DNA of 64,000 nucleotides from the human T2T-CHM13v2.0 reference genome, Homo sapiens: the NCBI RefSeq assembly GCF_009914755.1, contig NC_060943.1; one strand, 5' to 3'. A program made the translations under genes and the position numbers. The notes under the pieces are model-generated. The model searched no databases. It was given only the letters and a program-made list of their open reading frames with translations, and was not told where the DNA came from. Each line of letters starts with the position of its first letter. The first letter of the stretch is position 1. This document shows positions 54,991-64,000 of this stretch, piece by piece.

Positions 54991-55791
54991 ATCCAAATGT
55001 CAGAGTTGGCTTATTTTTTGTATGGTACATTGCCAGGAATGTCTGTCTCAGAATAAGCTGAATTACCCTCATTTTCTTTTTGGTGGTTCTGTGGAGTTGA
55101 TTTACCACATTTCATCTCAGTATTCCTTGGAGTTGACCATGAACATTTAACCCAACAACTCCTTGTAGCAGGCTACACACCAGTGGGAAAATATTTTCTG
55201 CTCATGTTTGCATTTTCTCCCATTTTTGTGCTCTCTTTCAGCAAATACATTTACATTGTTCTAATAACAGTAGCCATAGATAAAGTGTTAAAGTCCTAAC
55301 ATACAAAAAAAAAAAAGACTGTCATCATGTATGCCTTGAGTGTCCTCAGCTGAGAAGCTTTTGTTAGCTTTTCTGCTTTTAGTTATGAGAAGGTGATACT
55401 TCAAACGGAGTGTCCATAGGAATTATTTTTCACATTAATCAGGAAAAGTTGCCTTTCCAGGCCCCATCCTTCATAAACACACCTATCCGGATGTCCTTTA
55501 TCCTGGGTCTTCAAGAATCATGTCAATGGATAAAATAGTGATATATCAAGCAATGGTTGGAAAAAATTTAAAAGGAATATTACTACCTTCTTCAGACATT
55601 CTTGAGGAAAATGCATGAGGATACAGTCAATAGGTACATGCCAGGTTACAAGTCTGTCCTGAAAGCCTGTGTGATAGATGTTACCCAGTCTTCTTCTGTC
55701 TTGAACACTGAAATCAATGATCACATTTCTGTTTATCCATTTCCAATGAGAACGCTGGATTCTCTCTTCCAGACTACCTAACTGACTCATT

Positions 55792-56057
55792 TTACAAATT
55801 CTGCTGTCTAAGATAGGACACGAGGTAAGGGTCCCTTTCACTAATGCTTCTGAAGAGCACGTCCAGGGCCAGGTCCCCTTTCTTCTCCACCATGCTCAGC
55901 AAGGCCTCATTCTTGCTCTGCCGTGTCTTTTCCTGCTCCACCAGCTCCTTCTCATTCTCAGTAAGAACCTCATTGTCTTGGAGATCATCGAGCACCCCTT
56001 TCAGGTCCCCCATCCTGGCTTGGAGTTGCCGGTGGTTCTCCTTCACAAAGGCTGCAC
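55792..56057 (-). CDS. CARD8: CARD8 last coding exon: CARD domain (AAFVKENHRQLQARMGDLKGVLDDL...YLRQQNL*)
   Basis: ORF 55792..56046 is a typical CARD. Acceptor CCCCCTTTCATCCAG| before 56057. TAA stop. Confidence 0.96.
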
Positions 56058-57440
56058 CTGGATGAAAGGGGGAGTTTCAGACTTTGAGAATCGCTCACTT
56101 ACAGGATTCAGGATCTATACCAAGCTTAGAGTCAAAATTCAGGGGTGGGAGATTGCTCCTTGTGTCTGTAGCTTAATTTGTGGACATACAAAATCACACA
56201 CATTCACAGAGCAAATATACCCTTTGCAGTATCAAATGCATCGAGGTGTCTCAAATAATGTATCTTCCTCAGTCCTACTCCTCTCATCCATTTCTTGAAG
56301 CCTGTTTCTTCCTAGTTGGTGTTTTTCATTGAAATCCTAGACAGAGCTCTATCTTGCTGTACATACATTTATATATAAATCCCTCTAACAACGAAACACA
56401 AATCTTCTAGTTCATACATTGTCAGAAACTGTGCATGATGCTAGAGGTATGGAGAAGGATTCAGCTGGATCCCCAAAGCTTAGCTGGCAGAGCTATGAAA
56501 GAAGAGATTTAACTGGAGACATACAATGCATAGAAAAGGAAGAACAGGGGAAAAGATACAGACTTTTTTCCATCATGTAGACTCAGGGTTTACGTTGTGC
56601 CCCATATAATGTCTGTATAAACTTGGCCAAATCATATTACTTCCATATCACGTGGTTTAGAATGCATGGAGGTTGAGGTGTGATTTTGACTCAAGACATG
56701 TTCTGGACCAGCTTCCTGTAGACTGAGCTACTAAGCTTTGATTTCAACGTGCAGGCAACAGGTGCTATATTTTGCTCCACATCCTAAACATTATATTTAG
56801 GAAGGGTAGAAGCCTTTTGTTGGTGCTGCTCAGCCTGCAGTCACCACCTACAGAGATGTTCTTTGATTTATTTTAGGACGTCACCTTTATCTGATTCTTA
56901 ACCAAGCTCCTTAGCTGATCCTCATTGCACCTCCAGATGTGAGGCATGATTTCTTTTTATTTAATCTGCCTCAATGGCCTTCCAGGCAACAACAGCTAGG
57001 AAATGGCATGACTGCCATCTCAGAAGGTGCTCTCTTTTTTCTCCCAGTGGTCTGTTTTGAGACATGAGTTCGGAAACTTACACTGTGTGGAGCCTGACAA
57101 TGAAGCCAACAATATGGAAGGCGGGACGAAGACATGGAGAAACATTCCTCCCTTGTGATGTTGTTTGAGCCCATGAATCAGCCTCCCTGGAGTCAGTCCC
57201 ACATCTCTTCCTTGAACTCGCCTGAGCCATCACACTCTTGATAATTTCACTCCATTTAAGTTGGACTTTCTGTCATTTGCCACACAAGACTTTACACAGA
57301 TCCAGAGGACATTGCAGATTGCTGCCTTGGGTGATTTTTAAAATTAACGTGGACATGAAGTCATCAGGAGACAAGGAGTTCCAGACCTGGATTTATTGCT
57401 TACTAGATGATGGAAACTTGGTCCTCTCAGTGTTAACTCT

Positions 57441-57755
57441 ATTTTATTTATTTACTTATTTATTTATTTATTTTGAGACAAAGTCTCACTCTTGTCCCCA
57501 GGCTGGAGTGCGATGGCACGATCTCGGCTTACTGCAATCTCCGCCCCTGGGTTCAAGCGATTCTCCTGCCTCAGCCCCCCGAGTAGCTGGGATCACAGGC
57601 ATGTGCCACCACGCCCAGCTAGTTTTTGTATTTTCAGTAGAGGCAGGGTTTCACCATGTTGGCCAGGCTGGTCTCGAACTCCTGACCTCAGGTGATCCAC
57701 CTGCCTCGGCCTCCCAAAGTGTTGGGATTACAAGTGTGAGCCACTGCACCCAGCC
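57441..57755 (-). mobile_element. Alu in CARD8 last intron
   Basis: Alu consensus with (TTTA)n tail. Confidence 0.9.
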
Positions 57756-58289
57756 AACTCTTTATATTAAATAATGTAAATAATTTTTTCTCTGCTATAT
57801 ACTAATTCCAGTGTCCTTAACAGATCCTTGGCTGATATCTGCTCTTCACTTTTACAACAGCCCCACCGTTCCCCACTTCCTATTCATTCCCAACCCACAC
57901 TCAATCATCCACGCTGTTTTGAAGAGCCAACACATTGTTATCCATCCTTTAATAGTTACTCTTGCCTTTCCGTCTAAAGTCCAAAATATTTCAACTTTTA
58001 TTCTTGGACTTTCAACTGCCAGCTCTTGACTATCCTTCTCATGTCACCTTTACTCTGTCCCTCTAACAGTTTAATTCACAGCCATATCAAACTACTTTAA
58101 CTTAGAGTTCCCCAGACGCAAGATATTAAATATTTACCCCCAATAATTTGCTGTTGCATGCTCTTTTGTGTCTACATGATGTCCTCACGCCCTTCTGGGA
58201 CTAAATCATACTCATTGTCTGTATTTATGACATCAGTCATTCTTGGCAGATGACAAGGATGGAAGGAATGGAGCCTTGCTGAGAGATGC

Positions 58290-59334
<1,045 letters not shown>

Positions 59335-59408
59335 ACCTTCCACTGTCACTCAAAGACCCCTTGATGTCTCATACATACCCTTGGCTTTAATGTAAACATT
59401 TCACTTAC

Positions 59409-59453
59409 CTGAGAAAGGAGGAGGGGCTGATGCAGCTACAAGCTGGAGATCCA
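59409..59453 (-). CDS. CARD8: CARD8 45-nt linker exon (V-DLQLVAASAPPPFS-G)
   Basis: TTTTCCCTCTTTTGTAG| acceptor and CAG|GTAAGT donor. Phase 1-1 fits both neighbours. Confidence 0.92.
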
Positions 59454-60813
59454 CTACAAAAGAGGGAAAAATTATATGATGAGATGAGATAAATCATGTA
59501 CCCTTATTTAGCTTTTCTAGTCTTTGATGCAACCAACTGAAATAATTTAATTCTACATATGTCATAAGGCTCTTGTTTTGCACACTAATACACTGAGGAA
59601 ACCCCATTAAGTTGTGGGTCACTCACTGACAATTCAGAAAAGGCATCGGAGGAAGAAACACATTTTTCCAATTTCTTTCAACTTGCAGGCCAATATCTTA
59701 GGAACTATGGGGCTACAAAAACATATCATACAGTGCTACATAAATTACAGTCAAAGTGTTTTAGACATGAAATAACAACATTACATGAGTTAATTAAAAC
59801 ACGTGTTTTTTGGATGTGATTGTACCAAGACTGTTGATGGTGCAGAAATTTGGGTACCCTTATAAGTTGATAGAAGATTTGCTAATTGGAGCTACCATTT
59901 TGGAAAATAATTAAAAAAATTTCCCATGATGCCTTCAATGTGGTTTTGCACTTTCATCTAGACTCCTTGATGTTTTCGAAGTTCAGATGAATTTTGCAAC
60001 ATGCCCCCCCAACCCCACCTTTGGCAGCAGCTCAGTCACCATGTCACCAAGACAGAATAAATATGAGCTTCCCATCTCCTGTGAGGTCTCACAATTGAGT
60101 TTCTGGTCATTTGACTTCTGGGCAGAACATGAGCTGCCTTGAACCAGCATACTCATCCAAGACCCAGCCATCCACAATCTCCCCCATTTCATCTAGAATT
60201 TGCTATCAAAAAAAAAAAAAAGCATGATTGTGACACCTGGAAAAAATCTTTTTTAAATAAAAAAGTAAACAATGTAAAAATATTCTGATGTTTACAGAGA
60301 AATGGAGAGTGTGGTGGCATTTGCTTACTCAAAATATGTATTGCATGTTGGCTGTGAACTAGATTGCATTCTAGCCACTGATAATGCAGGCAATGGGGAA
60401 TCCGACATCTGCACGGCTTCTTCGCATATTAAACATCACAAGGAGAGCTAAGAAGTTGCACAAACAAAACTCTGACAATCTGAGATGCTAAGACATTTTA
60501 CAGACTGGAGGGAGGAGGCGGGGAGGGTGCATGTGGAGGTGCACTCATGAGATGCTACTCATGTGGAGATGAGGCCTGGGTCGGCTGAGCATCATCCAAC
60601 CCTGCAATGTGCCTGGAAACTCCAAGTGCAGTCCCAGCTCATGTGCACCGCCTCAACAAGAGGGCAGTTTGCCCAGAGAAGGGGAGGCACAGCCATGAAG
60701 CTGATCTTGAACTCTAGACACCATTGCAGGGAAAGGAAGGTGATGGGATTGTGAGGATTCAGTGGAGAAGGAAGATCAGTGACTGAGGACCACAAAGAGC
60801 AGACAGTCTACAC

Positions 60814-61343
60814 CAGTGGTCCCCAACCTTTTTGGCACCTGGGACCGGTTTAGTGGAAGACAATTTTTTCCACGGACTGGAGAGGGAGGGGATGGTCTCA
60901 GGATGATTCAAGTGCAATACATTTATTGTGCACCTAAGTTCTATTATTACATTGTAATGTATAATGAAATAATTATACAAACAACTCACCATAATGTAGA
61001 ATCAGTGGGAGCCCTGAGCTTGTTTTCCTGCAACTAGGTGGTCCCATCTCGGGGTGATGGGAGACAGTGACAGATCATCAGGTGTTAGATTCTCCTAAGG
61101 AGCATGCACCCTAGATCCCTCGCCTGCACAGTTCACAATAGGGTTCGCGCTCCTACGAGAATGTAATGCCACCACTGATCCGACAGGAGGCAGAGCTCAG
61201 GTGGTAATGCAAGCAATGGGGAGCAGCTGTAAACACAGATGAAGCTTCGCCCGCTCACCGTCCACTCACCTCCTCTGTGCAACCCGGTTTCTAACGGGCC
61301 ACAGACCGGTACCAGTCCCTAGCCCGGGGGTTGGGGACTCCTG
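60814..61343 (+). mobile_element. Full-length MER1A (hAT-Charlie non-autonomous element)
   Basis: TIRs CAGTGGTCCCCAACC / GGTTGGGGACTCCTG. Perfect 8-bp TSD GTCTACAC (60806-60813, 61344-61351). 530 bp. Confidence 0.9.
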
Positions 61344-62269
61344 GTCTACACAGTCAACACTGTGACAATATTGCCCCAAACTACTAAAATACAACAGCAG
61401 CAACAGGCAAAACTCAGTTGAAATTGTTGAAAACCATTCCACAACATGTACTCACACATTTGTTCAACTATGTCCTTCTTCCTGGGCATTCAGTTTGGTT
61501 TCATTTTTTTCCCACCACAGACAATGCCTCAAATAATATCACTGCATACAACTTATCTTCATATGGGTGCTTTTATGTTATAGTATGGAATTCTAAAAGT
61601 GACTTTTTGTTCAAGAGACTTGTTTTAAAATTAATCTGTGCCCATACAACTACATAAAAGGTTAAAGCGATTTATAGCTCCTATGCAAATGTTATGTTAA
61701 TATCCTTCCCTTCATAGAGCTTCATTGAAATTTTTCATGCTGTGTTACCCAAGACAAGGATCTGCTACTATTGAAGATACTGATTTCTGCATCATTGTAG
61801 TTATTCAAACAGAGCATGGCATTTTACAAATGTATTGGAGATATAAATGTATCTCCAGAGATTCAAGGAACTATCAGGAGATCTTTGGCAAATTGTCTGG
61901 GAGTTTCTAAACTTTAAAAAATTGTGTTTATGATGTTGAGCTTCTGTGAATGGATAAAACATTTTCCAGAACTTTTTAACAGATTACCTCAGGGAATATG
62001 ACACCCCGAAAATGAAAAGCATGAGTATGGAAGAAATGATTAAATTGTGAAGAAAGTGGAACTAAATAGTCCTTATGTTTCTTCTGACTCTTAGAATCTT
62101 CTGTTCTTTACCCCCTAGGTTCGAGGGTTTCCACCCCTCTCCCAGGCCCCTTGAGCATTTCACTTCCTAGAGATGAACAAATGCCACCATTGTTGTGTTA
62201 TCACACTGATAATACACTGACAATAGATTTCTCTTTTTTTTTTCTTTTTTGGCAAGAACATTTTATTTT

Positions 62270-62820
<551 letters not shown>

Positions 62821-62944
62821 CTGACAATAGATTTCTTTTCTTCTCTGGGAAAGAACCATAAACAAGATTTCTTCTTTGAAATCCAAGGATAGAGGTACAT
62901 GATGGATCCCTGTCTAAAAATGCCAGCCTCGCCCACTCACCTAC

Positions 62945-63086
62945 CTGGCTTCACCTCAGTATCCCACACCAAAGTCCCATGTCTTTTTTCAGTAATCTCA
63001 AGTTGAATGGGTTCCTTCATCTGCCCAGCATAGAATTTTGAGAAGTGCTGAATTTCTCCAGGGCTCCTGTAGGACAATTTCAACTC
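62945..63086 (-). CDS. CARD8: CARD8 exon encoding end of FIIND/UPA (ELKLSYRSPGEIQHFSKFYAGQMKEPIQLEITEKRHGTLVWDTEVKP-V)
   Basis: 142 nt, TTTCCTCTAG| and |GTAGGT, phase 0-1. Recognisable CARD8 UPA sequence. Confidence 0.92.
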
Positions 63087-63762
63087 CTAGAGGAAACACA
63101 TCAGTTGACTTGAAGCAGTGGAGGGTGGAAAGGCCCGGCTCCCTACAGTGAACTGGCCAATGGAACTTAACCCGTTTCCTGTGCAATGTCATGGCTGGTT
63201 GAGTGGGAAACAGAGGGAGAGAGGTAAACAGCTCTTTACATTTACAATGTTAGGAAATGCTTTTATACCAGGAAGGGAAGAATAACCTAGCTGTCAACAC
63301 CACATGAGTCAGAGAAAAACTATCTGAGCTACCAACTGAATACAAACGTCTTAGATTTTGAGGGTTTTGAGGCCCCTCATTAATGATGCGACCAGCTCAG
63401 AATCCGAGATTCTATAGAGAAGCAAGAAAGCTTCCAAAGCAGCCCCATCAGGTCTCTCTGAGCCTCGCTGGGAAGCCGGGGTCAGATAAGCCATTTCAGG
63501 TCCCTCTCTGTTTTGCACCCAGTCTCCCCAGGATTCCTAAAAAAAGCTGCCCTGGGGAGCAAGAAAGCCCCTTATGCAGGACAGAATTAGGAAAAGCTTA
63601 GCTCATGCAAATCTCTAGTTTCTTCAGAAAACAAGCCCCCCCACCCAGCTCTTGGAAAATAGGGATTTAAAAAATTACAAAGGGTGAGATTGTTGGCTGG
63701 AATCTTTTTAAATGGAAGATGACTCTGAGGAGAGTTTACCTCGCTCAAGATCATCACCTCTA

Positions 63763-64000
63763 GGGCGGGCGCGGTGACTCACACCTGTAGTCCCAGCACT
63801 TTGGGAGACTGAGGTGACCGATTGCTTGAGGTCAGGAGCTCAAGACCAGCCTGGCCAATATGTTGAAACCCCCATCTCTACTAAAAATACAACAATTAGC
63901 CAGGCGTGGTGGCAGGTGCCTGTAGTCCCAGCTACTCAGGAGGCTGAGGCAGGAGAATCGCTTGAACCCAGGGAAAGAAGGTTGCAGTGAGCAGACACTG
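63763..64000 (+). mobile_element. Alu (cut by window end)
   Basis: Alu consensus. Confidence 0.9.

Noticed and set aside
55518-55841. 107-aa minus-strand ORF overlapping the CARD8 stop in another frame
   Set aside because: No recognisable domain and no independent start or splice context; most likely a chance 3'UTR ORF.
59600-60800. Unique AT-rich sequence with an A14 run as a processed pseudogene
   Set aside because: No recognisable ORF, no properly spaced poly-A signal and no TSD pair found.

Overview
Human (or very closely related primate) genomic DNA, Alu-dense (about 60 copies), matching the LIG1-ZSWIM9-CARD8 locus (19q13.33, from recall). Left, minus strand: the 5' part of LIG1 (DNA ligase I), with non-coding exon 1 (GC donor) and coding exons 2-5. 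LIG1 is head-to-head, across a CpG-island bidirectional promoter, with the complete 4-exon ZSWIM9 (C19orf68) gene on the plus strand, which I assembled as a 920-aa ORF. Right, minus strand: the last three coding exons and long 3'UTR of the inflammasome sensor CARD8 (end of FIIND/UPA, linker, CARD). The most interesting element is ZSWIM9. It has the architecture of a domesticated Mutator/MULE (FAR1-like) transposase: a WRKY-type C-C-HxH zinc module, an RNase H-like core with decayed catalytic residues, and a SWIM finger. About 10 copies of an 18-aa (54-nt) Trp/Gly/Arg/Glu repeat sit in frame between core and SWIM. Other oddities: a fold-back chimeric Alu, a near-perfect 69-bp AT-rich palindrome, a 28-bp GC-box minisatellite, an orphan ZNF143-type promoter at ~48 kb, a MER50 LTR with a PBS remnant beside a CARD8 micro-exon, and several templated-insertion scars. 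Gene identities rest on recognised protein sequence and on splice-phase arithmetic. Repeat family names are by eye and their boundaries are approximate.
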